A stretch of DNA of 64,000 nucleotides. Origin: an uncultured Clostridia bacterium (GTDB lineage: Bacteria; Bacillota; Clostridia; Christensenellales; UBA1242). The stretch spans positions 21,232-85,231 of the forward strand of contig CAKVMD010000001.1 of NCBI GenBank assembly GCA_934771475.1. The letters run 5' to 3'. Every line of letters starts with the position of its first letter. The first letter of the stretch is position 1. A model generated the notes under the pieces. The model saw nothing but the letters and a program-made list of their open reading frames with translations, ran no database searches and was not told where the DNA came from. The position numbers and the translations under genes were made by a program. Positions 49,525 to 58,974 of the stretch are shown piece by piece.

Positions 49525-49553
49525 TTGACTTATTTTTGACCATAAGTTATACT
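49525..49553 (+). promoter_or_regulatory. sigma-A-type promoter for rny
   Basis: TTGACT-17 nt-TATACT. Confidence 0.6.
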
Positions 49554-49590
49554 AGATGTAGTGGTTTAACCACTATTAAAAGGGGACAGA

Positions 49591-51180
49591 ATGAACATAT
49601 TAAACATGTTGTGTTCTTCCGCTGTAACGGTCGGGATTGTTACCGGGATTGTTGCCATTATCGCAGGTGGCGCACTTGGAGCAGTTCTATATAAGTTAAT
49701 TGCAAGCAAAAAACTTGGAAAGAGCAAGTCAAATGCTGTAAAAATTATTGAAGAAGCGTATGCAGAAGCGAAGAGCATAAAAAAAGAAAGCCTTTTTGAA
49801 GCCAAAGAAGAAGCACAAAAAATTCGCGATGAGGCCAATGAGGAAGCCAAAGAGCGTAGAGGCGAAATTCAAAAGCAGGAAGAAAGACTAGACCAAAGAG
49901 AAGAATATCTCACAAAGAAAGAGGTGTCATTAGACGCCAAAACCGAACAACTGGAACAAGCCAAGATTTCAGTTGAAAATGAAAAGAACAAACTTGGCGA
50001 GAAGATTAAAGAGCAAGATGTAATTAAAGAGCAAATGCTTGAAAAACTTGAAAAAATTTCAGGACTAAGCCAAAAAGAAGCAAAAGATTTGCTTGTTGAG
50101 AGCATTACTGATGATGCCAAAAAAGATGCAGGACTTATGGTTAAACGCATTGAAGATGAGGCAAAGGAAAAGGCGGACGCGCTTGCTAGAAATATTGTAA
50201 CTGGCGCAATTCAAAAGTGCGCCACAGACCTTACGAGTGAAATGACTGTTACAACAGTGGCACTTCCAAACGATGAAATGAAAGGGAGAATTATTGGGCG
50301 CGAAGGCAGAAATATTCGCTCAATAGAAAGCGTAACAGGAGTAGAACTTATAGTTGATGATACGCCAGAAAGTATTACGATTTCAAGTTTTGACCCAATA
50401 AGAAGAGAAATCGCTAGATTGACTCTTGAAAAACTTATAGTAGATGGAAGAATTCATCCAGCAAGAGTTGAAGAAGTTGTTGAAAAGGCAACCAAAGAAG
50501 TAGACCGTGCCATAAAGGAAGCTGGCGAAAACGCTTGCAATGAAACAGGCATTTACAATTTGCATCCAGAACTTGTAAAAGTTTTAGGAAGGTTAAAATA
50601 TAGAACTAGTTATGGACAAAACTGTCTGAAACACAGTATTGAAACATCAATCATTGCTGGGTTAATCGCGACAGAACTTGGCGCAAATGTTCAAGTGGCA
50701 AAACGAGGCGGGCTTCTTCACGATATCGGAAAAGCACTTGATCATGAAATCGAAGGGACTCATGTTAAGATTGGCGTAGACCTTACAACAAAATACAAAG
50801 AATCAAAAGAAGTTATTCATTGCATTGAAGCCCACCATGGGGATGTTCCATTTGGTTCAATCGAAGCCATCATCGTTCAAGTAGCTGATGCCATATCGAG
50901 TTCAAGACCGGGCGCAAGACGCGAGAGTTTTGAAAATTACATCAAACGTCTTGAACAACTTGAAGGTATTTGCAATGACTTTAAAGGTGTTGAAAAATCT
51001 TATGCTATTCAAGCGGGTAGAGAGGTTCGCATAATTGTAAAGCCTGAGGTAATAAGCGAAAGTGATGCTATCTTCCTTGCTAAGGATATTACAAAACGCA
51101 TTGAGAATGAAATGCAATACCCAGGACAAATTAAAGTGGTTGTTATAAGAGAAAATCGTTTTACTGAAACTGCGAAATAA
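49591..51180 (+). CDS. rny: ribonuclease Y
   Basis: N-terminal TM, coiled coil, KH domain ([15 protein letters not shown]) and HD domain (LLHDIGK). Confidence 0.95.
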   Translation: MNILNMLCSSAVTVGIVTGIVAIIAGGALGAVLYKLIASKKLGKSKSNAVKIIEEAYAEAKSIKKESLFEAKEEAQKIRDEANEEAKERRGEIQKQEERLDQREEYLTKKEVSLDAKTEQLEQAKISVENEKNKLGEKIKEQDVIKEQMLEKLEKISGLSQKEAKDLLVESITDDAKKDAGLMVKRIEDEAKEKADALARNIVTGAIQKCATDLTSEMTVTTVALPNDEMKGRIIGREGRNIRSIESVTGVELIVDDTPESITISSFDPIRREIARLTLEKLIVDGRIHPARVEEVVEKATKEVDRAIKEAGENACNETGIYNLHPELVKVLGRLKYRTSYGQNCLKHSIETSIIAGLIATELGANVQVAKRGGLLHDIGKALDHEIEGTHVKIGVDLTTKYKESKEVIHCIEAHHGDVPFGSIEAIIVQVADAISSSRPGARRESFENYIKRLEQLEGICNDFKGVEKSYAIQAGREVRIIVKPEVISESDAIFLAKDITKRIENEMQYPGQIKVVVIRENRFTETAK

Positions 51181-51185
51181 ACAAA

Positions 51186-51222
51186 AAAAGATATTTCTTG
51201 GATACAGGGAATATCTTTTTTA
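51186..51222 (+). terminator. rho-independent terminator after rny
   Basis: AGATATT...AATATCT stem followed by T6. Confidence 0.75.
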
Positions 51223-51316
51223 ATATGTGGAATTAAGTCTTTAAAAAATTGGTTTAATATTTATAAAATTATTCCTATAAAATAATAAATAAAATCGCTC
51301 TTGAATACATTATTGT

Positions 51317-51940
51317 ATGAACAATTTTATAACTACATTATCTAATTCTTTTTCATCTTGCGTCTGGCTCGCGATACTACTCGTAGCGCTATGTCCATTG
51401 CTCGAAAGCAAAATAGCTTTGCCACTTGCTTTAAACAGTGCTATTTGGGCAAGTAGCACATTAAAACCATTAACAGCATTCGTTTTATCTTTTGTTGGTA
51501 GCAGTTTGCCTTGCTTTTTTATGATAATCATTACACGCAAACTAAAATCTAAAACAACTGGATTTATATCTAGTAAGTTTACAAACAAATATCAAGCAAA
51601 GGCTAACAGCATAAGTAAATTTTCTAACTTTCAAAAATATCTCGCCTTATGTGCTTTTTCGGCTCTGCCACTTCCATTGACAGGCGTTTGGTCGAGTAGT
51701 GTTATAGCCGGACTAACGGACTTGAAAGTTGGCAAGTCGATTTTGTCAATCCTTTTGGGCAACTTGTTATCGTGTGGCATTGTTATGTCATTATGTTGTT
51801 GGTTTAAAAATTCAATAGGAAATATTTGTTTAATTTCTATAAGCATAGTAATTGCATTTCTAATGATAGACCTTATCGCAAATCTGATTAAAACATTGTA
51901 CAAAAAGGTAAAGGAAAAATCAAATCATGTTGCAAGTTAG
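51317..51940 (+). CDS. small multidrug export protein family (COG2426/PF06695-like) membrane protein
   Basis: PLLESKIALPLAL and ALPLPLTGVWSSSVIAG blocks resemble the two conserved halves of this family. Confidence 0.5.
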   Translation: MNNFITTLSNSFSSCVWLAILLVALCPLLESKIALPLALNSAIWASSTLKPLTAFVLSFVGSSLPCFFMIIITRKLKSKTTGFISSKFTNKYQAKANSISKFSNFQKYLALCAFSALPLPLTGVWSSSVIAGLTDLKVGKSILSILLGNLLSCGIVMSLCCWFKNSIGNICLISISIVIAFLMIDLIANLIKTLYKKVKEKSNHVAS

Positions 51941-52218
51941 AAGAGAAGTAAAAGACTCTTTTGAGATAAAGTGCCTCCAAAAATGAGACAACTAAAATAA
52001 AACTCATTCCTTCATCACAAGAATAAAAAACAAATTTATTAATTATAAAAAACACCTCCTATGGTTTTATCACCACAGAAGGTGTTTTTTGCTCGCAAGA
52101 AATTTACAAAGAGATGAATGCTTTCTTTCACATAATCTTTTATTATAACTTAATTTCTAAATCTCGCTTATTAAATATTTAAAAATCAAAAGCATTTAAA
52201 TATTGTTAAATGGCAATC

Positions 52219-54171
52219 TTACTTCCATTTTCTAATAAGCAATGACCTTTTTATGTAATATCTAGCAGGAATTACCGCCAAGATAAACACGATTGGCAAA
52301 ATTAAAGTTGTTGCATACAATGAAAATTCATTAACTGCCATTCCAAAAGCGAAGTTTAGGCCAATACATAAGCATATCAATGCACCTGTAATGGTCCAAA
52401 TTTGCCATTGTGGAAGAATTTGTTTAGGCAACCAACTCTTGTACTTAATCATATTGTAAGTTTGGATACTCACATCGACAATCAGTAGTGCAGGGAGTAC
52501 AATATACAAGAAATTAAAAGTGGCATTCAACATAGTTGATTTGAGAAGACTAATATAAGTAATCGTCGAACCAAGGCAGGCACAAATAAATGTAATCAAA
52601 CTTGCTATAAAATATAGTTTGTTGGTGTTATGGGAAGTTTTTGTGCTAGGTTTTTCATATACATCAAAAGAAATGTTTTGATTCTTATAAAAATCTTTTA
52701 AATCGTTATAATCATATAAGCAATCTTCGCGCTGCTCCTCGCTCAAAGAACCCTTTGTTTTAGCATATAATTTAGAAAGAATTTCTTGATGGGACGGATC
52801 AATAGAGGAGTCTCTCTTAGGTGCGGGAAGTTTTTCTTTTCCGTTGTCAGGTAAAATTTTTAATCTAGGAGGCTCAATCTTTCTAGGTTTTTCAATGCTT
52901 GATGCATCAACATGCGCCACAATAAATTTGCCATCATCAATCTTTGGCTCTTCCGTTTCTTTTAACTTGTTTTCGCCAGATTCTGTAATTGAAACATTGC
53001 TTGAATTATTTTTCTCGCTTTCAAGTTTGTCCTTGTAGTTTGTAAAACGCGCAAAAGAATCTTGACTTTGGTTATATGAAGTTCTGTTTTGCATTAAAGA
53101 ATTTTTAAACTCTTCCAAATTCGCCTTTCTCTTTTCGGTAGAAGAGGAGAGCAGTGGTGCTTCCGCAGCGATAGAAATTTGGTCTTCTGCAAAACTCTTT
53201 TTCTTTTTATAACTATTTATGTCTTTTGAAATATCATAAAGCCTTTGATTGTAGTCTGCAACTTCCTGTTTATTCAAAAATACAGCATCATCCTTATTCT
53301 TTTCAACGCTTTCTTCATCTTTATTTTCTTCAACTTTGTCAGCGTTCAACAAAGCGTTTTTTATCGAAAAAGCATAATTATTTTGTTTGTTGTCGCTTTG
53401 TTCTACATAAGAGGACTCATTTGCAACCGCAACGATTTTGTCATCTTGGTTTTCGTCTTCGCGCTCAGTGATAATAGTGTCTTCACTTGGATAAGCATAT
53501 TCTTCATTTTCAAGAGGGGATATCTCGTTATCATCCAAGGTTTCGCCATAAAGTTCGACACTTTCTTCTATTTCATTTTCTGCATTATTTTGCTCTTGTG
53601 CAACAAGGTCTTGATTACCAAATTCATTTTGATTTTCGATTTTCATTTCGTCAGCATCTTCTTGCTCTACATCTACACTTGAAAAATCAAAGAAATCACT
53701 ATTCTCATTTAAATCATCTCGCTCTTTATTTTCGCTTAAATTGCTTTCATTTAAAGCAAGACTCTCATCTAAATCATTATTGTTGAAATTGTCGATTGAG
53801 CTTTCGCTTGCATTGGTTACATTCATATCAATAGGGGCTTGCTCTTTTACATCTACATCTTCAAATTCACTAAAAACATCTATATTATTACGCGTAAAAT
53901 ATTGGTCTATTTCATTATAAAAAGCGCGCCCTGAATCAGTAATGGAGTAGTATTTGCGATTTGGCCCGAGTTCACTTGTTTTTAAATACGAAGAAACATA
54001 ACCTTGCTTTTCCATACGAGTAAGGTTAGAATAAACGCTAGGCTTTTTAAGATTCACTTTCCCGCCTGATTTTGAGTTGATTTCTGTGATAATGTCAAGA
54101 CCATAGAAATCTCTTTCAAGCAAGCAGTTGAGTATTAAGTAGGAAAGTTGACCCTTAGCATACAATTCCAT
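52219..54171 (-). CDS. PadR-family winged-helix domain fused to a ~400-aa acidic low-complexity linker and a C-terminal 4-TM membrane domain
   Basis: The N-terminus (YLILNCLLERDFYGLDIITEI...SVYSNLTRMEKQGYVSSY...RKYYSITDSGR) is PadR-like. Residues ~100-500 are D/E/N/S-rich. The last ~140 aa hold four hydrophobic helices. RBS AAAGGGAG. Confidence 0.7.
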   Translation of the reverse strand: MELYAKGQLSYLILNCLLERDFYGLDIITEINSKSGGKVNLKKPSVYSNLTRMEKQGYVSSYLKTSELGPNRKYYSITDSGRAFYNEIDQYFTRNNIDVFSEFEDVDVKEQAPIDMNVTNASESSIDNFNNNDLDESLALNESNLSENKERDDLNENSDFFDFSSVDVEQEDADEMKIENQNEFGNQDLVAQEQNNAENEIEESVELYGETLDDNEISPLENEEYAYPSEDTIITEREDENQDDKIVAVANESSYVEQSDNKQNNYAFSIKNALLNADKVEENKDEESVEKNKDDAVFLNKQEVADYNQRLYDISKDINSYKKKKSFAEDQISIAAEAPLLSSSTEKRKANLEEFKNSLMQNRTSYNQSQDSFARFTNYKDKLESEKNNSSNVSITESGENKLKETEEPKIDDGKFIVAHVDASSIEKPRKIEPPRLKILPDNGKEKLPAPKRDSSIDPSHQEILSKLYAKTKGSLSEEQREDCLYDYNDLKDFYKNQNISFDVYEKPSTKTSHNTNKLYFIASLITFICACLGSTITYISLLKSTMLNATFNFLYIVLPALLIVDVSIQTYNMIKYKSWLPKQILPQWQIWTITGALICLCIGLNFAFGMAVNEFSLYATTLILPIVFILAVIPARYYIKRSLLIRKWK

Positions 54172-54196
54172 GAAAAATCTCCCTTTATATACTCAA

Positions 54197-54225
54197 ATTA
54201 TAATAAATATAGGGTGTAAAGTCAA
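54197..54225 (-). promoter_or_regulatory. sigma-A-type promoter for the PadR-like gene
   Basis: On the minus strand: TTGACT-17 nt-TATAAT. Confidence 0.6.
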
Positions 54226-54700
54226 ATTATTTTTTAATATTTTTGCGCTATTATGCATCGCATACTAGTGAAAACATAATATGGGAGAGGTTTGTGCTTT
54301 TTTATATAAGGAGTATAAATTTAATATAAAAATTATTTTTTCTCTCATTCATGGGTAGTTGAGTTATAAATAGAGGGCTTTGAGAAATATTCATCCGCTT
54401 GTAGGCTTTCAAATAGAAAATTGCAAAAAGTATTAAATTGAGGTATAGGAAATATGCGCAATTATACACAAATCTTGTACTTAATCATATCAAGAAGAAA
54501 ATACAACATAACAAACCACACAAAACGTCCAATTTTTAATGTGGGGGATTGAATGGAGATGAACAAAAAGTTTCTATCTTTCTTTTTTTGAAACATAAAT
54601 AAAAGAGGGGACTTGCAAAAAGCCTCATTTTTATTAAAAATTGATAGAATTTACCCATTTATATCTATGCGTAAAACACAAGTTTTACGCAATTATAGTC

Positions 54701-54731
54701 GCATACTAGCAATGTTTTGCCGACTATTATG
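54701..54731 (+). repeat. site C of a ~31-bp dif/att-like repeat family
   Basis: GCATACTAGCAATGTTTTGCCGACTATTATG matches site A at 21/31 positions, including the first 10. Confidence 0.5.
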
Positions 54732-55007
54732 TTATTTTATTATAACCATTTTATTTGACGCTCATATTTTAATTTATTGGTCTTTTATCTACATACTAGT
54801 TCAATCATATTTTATTTTTGATATTTTATCTGGTTTAATTCACTTTAATAATTTTAAATTGCTTAAAATCTTAAATATTAAAGATATAAATCATACTAAA
54901 TAATTAAATCGCCGAAAACCAAAATTTCCGTTTAAACATAAGTGTACCCACCATGTTTTGCGCCAAATTTCATAATCTTACAATATATAAATTTATGCTT
55001 TGCAAAA

Positions 55008-55964
55008 TTACTGATTATTTGATATAAATTCCATCATTCTAGTAAACCCGTATGTTTCTTCTCCACAAACGCTATCCGTAAAAATCGTTTTTTCCGGATT
55101 ATTTATAGAAGGCGTATTTTTTATGGTTTTTATTGATAAATAGTTAACGACTTTAACAAAAGCTTTATAAATATCTTCCCCTTCAAATAATTCGTCTGGA
55201 ACGCTACACAAAACCGATTCCATATAAACTTGATTTGGCAATCTATTGTTTGCATTGTAAAATAAAACATTAAATATTTTCAAAATTTTAATAAAGTTTT
55301 CGCCAGCATTTTTTATTTTTGTATTTAATGCTTCACACCTAGCATTTAAATCTATGTCAATAAAGCCTTTTCTTTTCCCAGCATAATATCTAAATAAACT
55401 CTCGTTACTATTCACTAGATATATTTTTATTTTGGTATTTGCGCCAAAATCTTCTTTGCCAAGAATTAAAATTTCATTTCCATTTAAATAAATCAAAGAA
55501 GTCGCTGACAGTTGGTTAGACACAGCCTTTTGAAAATCAACACCAAGGTCATAGATGGAATATTTGGACATATCCTGTGGTTTTGAATTGTCAACTTCTA
55601 CTTTGTCATCTTTCTTTTTCTTCTTTTTTCTTCTTTTTCGGCGATTTTGCCATGCCAATTTAAACCTTTGCCAAAGCTCTCTCCAAAAATTGGTCTTTTT
55701 TGCAGTGTTTAGTTCTAATTGTGCATTTTCTATACCCAAAAAATATACAAATTGAGAATTATCACAAAAAGCACCGCTTAACAATTCGTTTACCGGTTGA
55801 AGGACAACATTGTTTTTTGTAACATAAGAGACCTTTTCAGCCAGTTCTTCAACGCTGGCTGAAACTACACTTCTTACTAAATTTTGCGTCCTTTCAAGAT
55901 AAATCTCATTGTTTTGCGATGCTATGCTATTTATAAGATTTTTGGAAATTTGAACTTTTGCCAT
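55008..55964 (-). CDS. hypothetical protein co-transcribed with serS; possible degenerate Pol-beta-superfamily nucleotidyltransferase fold with an internal poly-Lys tract
   Basis: Starts 11 nt after the serS stop with RBS AAAGGAT. The C-terminal FIKILKIFN...QVYMESVLCSVPDELF resembles NTase helical-domain motifs. SGAF-x12-GIE sits where hG[GS]-x9-13-DhD is expected. Contains RRKRRKKKKKKDDK. Confidence 0.55.
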   Translation of the reverse strand: MAKVQISKNLINSIASQNNEIYLERTQNLVRSVVSASVEELAEKVSYVTKNNVVLQPVNELLSGAFCDNSQFVYFLGIENAQLELNTAKKTNFWRELWQRFKLAWQNRRKRRKKKKKKDDKVEVDNSKPQDMSKYSIYDLGVDFQKAVSNQLSATSLIYLNGNEILILGKEDFGANTKIKIYLVNSNESLFRYYAGKRKGFIDIDLNARCEALNTKIKNAGENFIKILKIFNVLFYNANNRLPNQVYMESVLCSVPDELFEGEDIYKAFVKVVNYLSIKTIKNTPSINNPEKTIFTDSVCGEETYGFTRMMEFISNNQ

Positions 55965-55975
55965 TTAAATCCTTT

Positions 55976-57262
55976 TTATTTTTTTGGTAAAATTTTATCT
56001 TTTCCACCCATATAAGGTCTTAATGCTTCTGGTATGCTGATTGAGCCATCCTCATTATAATTGTTTTCAAGGAAAGCAATAATGGCTCTTGGTGAAGCCA
56101 AAACTGTATTATTAAGAGTATGAAGCAGATATGTTCCCTTTTCTCCCTTTGCTCTAATTCCAAGTCTTCTGGCTTGTGCATCACCCAATGTTGAACATGA
56201 ACCAACTTCAAAATATTTTTGTTGTCTAGGACTCCAAGCCTCAACATCACATGATTTAACTTTAAGATCGGCGAGATCCCCAGAGCAACATTCTAGCGTT
56301 CTTACAGGAATATTAAGGTTTCTAAATATTTCTACCGTAAATTTCCACATTTTTTCATACCAAGACATACTATCTTCTGGTTTACATATAACAATCATTT
56401 CTTGTTTTTCAAATTGGTGAACTCTATAAAGTCCTCGCTCTTCAAGTCCATGCGCGCCACCTTCTTTTCTGAAACAAGGAGAATAAGATGTCATTGTTAT
56501 TGGCAAATCACTTTCTTTAATAATTTGGTCTTTAAATCTTCCAATCATTGAGTGTTCGCTTGTGCCGACCAAAAAGAGGTCTTCGCCTTCAATCTTGTAC
56601 ATCATGGCTTCCATTTCAGCAAAACTCATCACGCCATTAACAACATCACTTCTAATCATGAATGGTGGTATACAATAAGTAAAGCCTTTATCAATCATGT
56701 AGTCTCTTCCATAAGCAATCATTGCTTCATGAAGTCTTGCTGCATCACCCAAAAGGTAATAGAAACCATTTCCGCTTGTTCTTCCAGCGCTTTCTTTATC
56801 GAGACCGTTTATAGACGCCAAAATATCTGCATGATAAGGAATTTCATAATTTGGGACTGTCGACTCACCGAAACGCTCATTTTCTACATTTTCGCTGTCG
56901 TCTTTCCCAACTGGAACGCTGTCATCAATAATGTTTGGTATAGACATCATCAACGATTTTAATCTCGCAGAATAAGTTTCTTCTTCTTTTTCTATCTCTA
57001 TAATTCTTTCGTTATTTTTTACAACTTGTGCCTTAATTTCGCCAGCCTCGTCAATTTTCTTCTCTTTCATGAGTTTTCCGATTTGGCTGCTAAGTGTATT
57101 TCGGCTTGCACGCAAAGTGTCGCCCTCTTGTTTAAGTGCTCTAATTTTGCCATCAAGATCAAGTACTTCATCTACATAGGCAAGTTTTTGATCTTGAAAT
57201 TTCTTTTTGATATTTTCTTTTACAAGTTCAGGGTTTGTTCTAATTAAATTAATATCTATCAT
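55976..57262 (-). CDS. serS: serine--tRNA ligase
   Basis: 428 aa. N-terminal coiled-coil arm (MIDINLIRTNPELVKENIKKK) and a class II core. Confidence 0.95.
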   Translation of the reverse strand: MIDINLIRTNPELVKENIKKKFQDQKLAYVDEVLDLDGKIRALKQEGDTLRASRNTLSSQIGKLMKEKKIDEAGEIKAQVVKNNERIIEIEKEEETYSARLKSLMMSIPNIIDDSVPVGKDDSENVENERFGESTVPNYEIPYHADILASINGLDKESAGRTSGNGFYYLLGDAARLHEAMIAYGRDYMIDKGFTYCIPPFMIRSDVVNGVMSFAEMEAMMYKIEGEDLFLVGTSEHSMIGRFKDQIIKESDLPITMTSYSPCFRKEGGAHGLEERGLYRVHQFEKQEMIVICKPEDSMSWYEKMWKFTVEIFRNLNIPVRTLECCSGDLADLKVKSCDVEAWSPRQQKYFEVGSCSTLGDAQARRLGIRAKGEKGTYLLHTLNNTVLASPRAIIAFLENNYNEDGSISIPEALRPYMGGKDKILPKK

Positions 57263-57289
57263 ATGTTCACCTCTTATAAGTATAGATAA

Positions 57290-57319
57290 ATTATAAATCT
57301 ATTATTGACAACAAGTCAA
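57290..57319 (-). promoter_or_regulatory. sigma-A-type promoter for serS (short leader, no T-box)
   Basis: On the minus strand: TTGACT-18 nt-TATAAT. The -35 lies within a TTGAC-N5-GTCAA dyad. Confidence 0.5.
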
Positions 57320-57463
57320 ATAATTTAACAAATTTTTACAGTCTTTACCATATTTAATGGGAATTTAAACGGTTTTAGTGGCTAGTTTTTGAGTTTTGAA
57401 TTAGGTCGAGTCCAATTTAAGTAAACTCAATAATAATTTTACGCATAGATGTTTAAAATCATT

Positions 57464-57491
57464 TTGAATTTTATTTTATTTATGATACAAT
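57464..57491 (+). promoter_or_regulatory. extended -10 promoter for the recombinase gene, positioned for a leaderless transcript
   Basis: TTGAAT-16 nt-TACAAT with TG at the extended -10 position (TGATACAAT). Only CGTGGT (6 nt) separates it from ATG 57498. Confidence 0.5.
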
Positions 57492-57497
57492 CGTGGT

Positions 57498-58544
57498 ATG
57501 ACAAATATGAATTATTATCAAAAACGCGACCTTCAAAATAGATTAAAAATGGCAAAATATACCGAGCGACTCCCCGACTATTGCCTAGATTTTTTTATAG
57601 GCATCGAAAGCAAGACTTCATCACTTACTCGATACAATTATTCTTTGGATTTATTTGTGTTTTTTAACTATATTTCCCAGTTCGTTTTCAACAAAAAAGA
57701 GTCTGACATTACCCTAGAAGACCTAAACAAAATTAAAGCAAGAGATATAGAACAGTATCTTTCATATTTATCATATTATGAACTCAATGGAAAACTATAT
57801 AAAAACGATGAGAAAGGCAAAGCAAGGAAACTTGCCGCTCTTCGAAGTTTTTTTAAGTATCTTTACAATCATGATATGATTATAGGAAATGTTGCCAGCA
57901 AAATAGAAACCCCAAAACTCCACGATAAAGAAATTGTGCGACTTGAAAAAGATGAAGTAACTCGCCTGCTCGACACAATAGAAAATCCATATACATTTAC
58001 CAAGAGACAACAAGAATATAACAAAAATACTTTTGAGCGGGATAATGCGATTGTAACCTTATTTCTTGGCACAGGCATAAGAATAAGCGAACTGGTCGGA
58101 CTTGACCTCAATTCATTTGATTTTTCTCAAAACGCTTTTATTGTAACACGAAAAGGCGGAAATCAAACTATGCTATATTTTTCAAATGAGGTTGCGCGCG
58201 CTCTTAAAACGTGGTTAGAAAAACGCGCTACTCTTGGGCTTGATAAAGATGAGCAAGCAATGTTTATAAGTCTTCAAAACAAACGAATTTCTGTTCGCGC
58301 AGTAGAAAATTTGGTTAAGAAATTTGCAAAAGTAGCAAGTCCGCTAAAAAAAATAAGTCCACACAAACTGCGTAGTACATTTGGTACTAACCTTTACAAA
58401 GAGACCAAAGATATTTACATAGTTGCTGATGTTCTTGGACATAAGGATGTTAATACTACAAAACGCCACTATGCGGCAATAAGTGAAGATATGAGAAGAA
58501 ATGTCGCAAACGTGATAAAACTCGGTAGAGATGAACAAAACTAA
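57498..58544 (+). CDS. site-specific tyrosine recombinase, XerS/XerD-like
   Basis: Catalytic set R (GTGIRISE), HKLR, LGH and RHY. VTRKGGNQT and PHKLRSTFGTNLY...LGH blocks parallel streptococcal XerS. No phage or IS genes are adjacent. Confidence 0.85.
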   Translation: MTNMNYYQKRDLQNRLKMAKYTERLPDYCLDFFIGIESKTSSLTRYNYSLDLFVFFNYISQFVFNKKESDITLEDLNKIKARDIEQYLSYLSYYELNGKLYKNDEKGKARKLAALRSFFKYLYNHDMIIGNVASKIETPKLHDKEIVRLEKDEVTRLLDTIENPYTFTKRQQEYNKNTFERDNAIVTLFLGTGIRISELVGLDLNSFDFSQNAFIVTRKGGNQTMLYFSNEVARALKTWLEKRATLGLDKDEQAMFISLQNKRISVRAVENLVKKFAKVASPLKKISPHKLRSTFGTNLYKETKDIYIVADVLGHKDVNTTKRHYAAISEDMRRNVANVIKLGRDEQN

Positions 58545-58754
58545 GCCTTTTTAGGCTCGCGAAGAAATTTGTAAATGAAGTGATGTCTTCTCTTTATTCG
58601 CAAGAAAAACTCAAATAAGTGAAGATTTTCTTTTAAATCTTAACAGCAAACTTAAAATTCATATAAACAAATTATCAATATTTTAATTTTTGTGTATATA
58701 ATTGTTTTTACTGCACACTATAAAGGTGTGAAGGAGATATGCTTCACATTAGAA

Positions 58755-58795
58755 GAAGCCACACATCAATATGAGTGTGGCTTCTTTCTTTTTCC
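58755..58795 (+). terminator. rho-independent terminator overlapping an 11-codon mini-ORF
   Basis: Perfect 10-bp stem GAAGCCACAC...GTGTGGCTTC followed by TTTCTTTTT. Confidence 0.7.
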
Positions 58796-58854
58796 GCTTT
58801 TTTACTTTTTGGACAAAACGGTGTTAGAGTGTCATTATGTTTCCCCACATTAAA

Positions 58855-58888
58855 GGGCTAGTATGCAATGCATACTAGCCCTATTTTT
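58855..58888. terminator. perfect 12-bp palindrome hairpin (bidirectional terminator candidate, downstream of spoIVB)
   Basis: GGGCTAGTATGC-AAT-GCATACTAGCCC, then TATTTTT on the + strand and TTTAAT on the - strand. Confidence 0.65.
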
Positions 58889-58900
58889 CGGGCTTATAGT
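58870..58900 (+). repeat. site A of a ~31-bp dif/att-like repeat family
   Basis: GCATACTAGCCCTATTTTTCGGGCTTATAGT. The 11-bp arms CATACTAGCCC and GGGCTTATAGT have a perfect inner 5-bp dyad around the 8-bp centre TATTTTTC. Confidence 0.55.
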
Positions 58901-58974
58901 CCCTGATTTATTTGTAAATTGTCTTTTATGACTATTTATTGTGGGTGCTTTTTTAAATTACAGAAGTTTTATTT

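Noticed and set aside
52844-53786. Plus-strand ORFs opposite the acidic linker of the PadR-like gene.
   Set aside because: They are mirror-image low complexity (F/L/I-rich) of a GAA/GAT-rich coding strand, with no initiation signals.
54613-54903. 96-aa TTG-start ORF in the gene-poor tract, plus nearby 12-aa and 32-aa ORFs.
   Set aside because: There is no convincing RBS, the region is extremely AT-rich and gives a hydrophobic product by default, and no domain is recognisable. It was kept only as part of the finding on the tract.
57395-57420. GGTCGAGTCC resembling a tRNA T-arm, considered as a tRNA-derived att site next to the recombinase.
   Set aside because: The flanks do not form a T-stem, acceptor stem or any cloverleaf, and the loop is one base short of GGTTCGA-type consensus.
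57263-57497. Looked for a T-box leader upstream of serS; also checked upstream of proS.
   Set aside because: No GGTGGNACCGCG-type T-box sequence or terminator/antiterminator pair is present. The predicted serS leader is only ~25 nt, and proS is translationally coupled to xseA.
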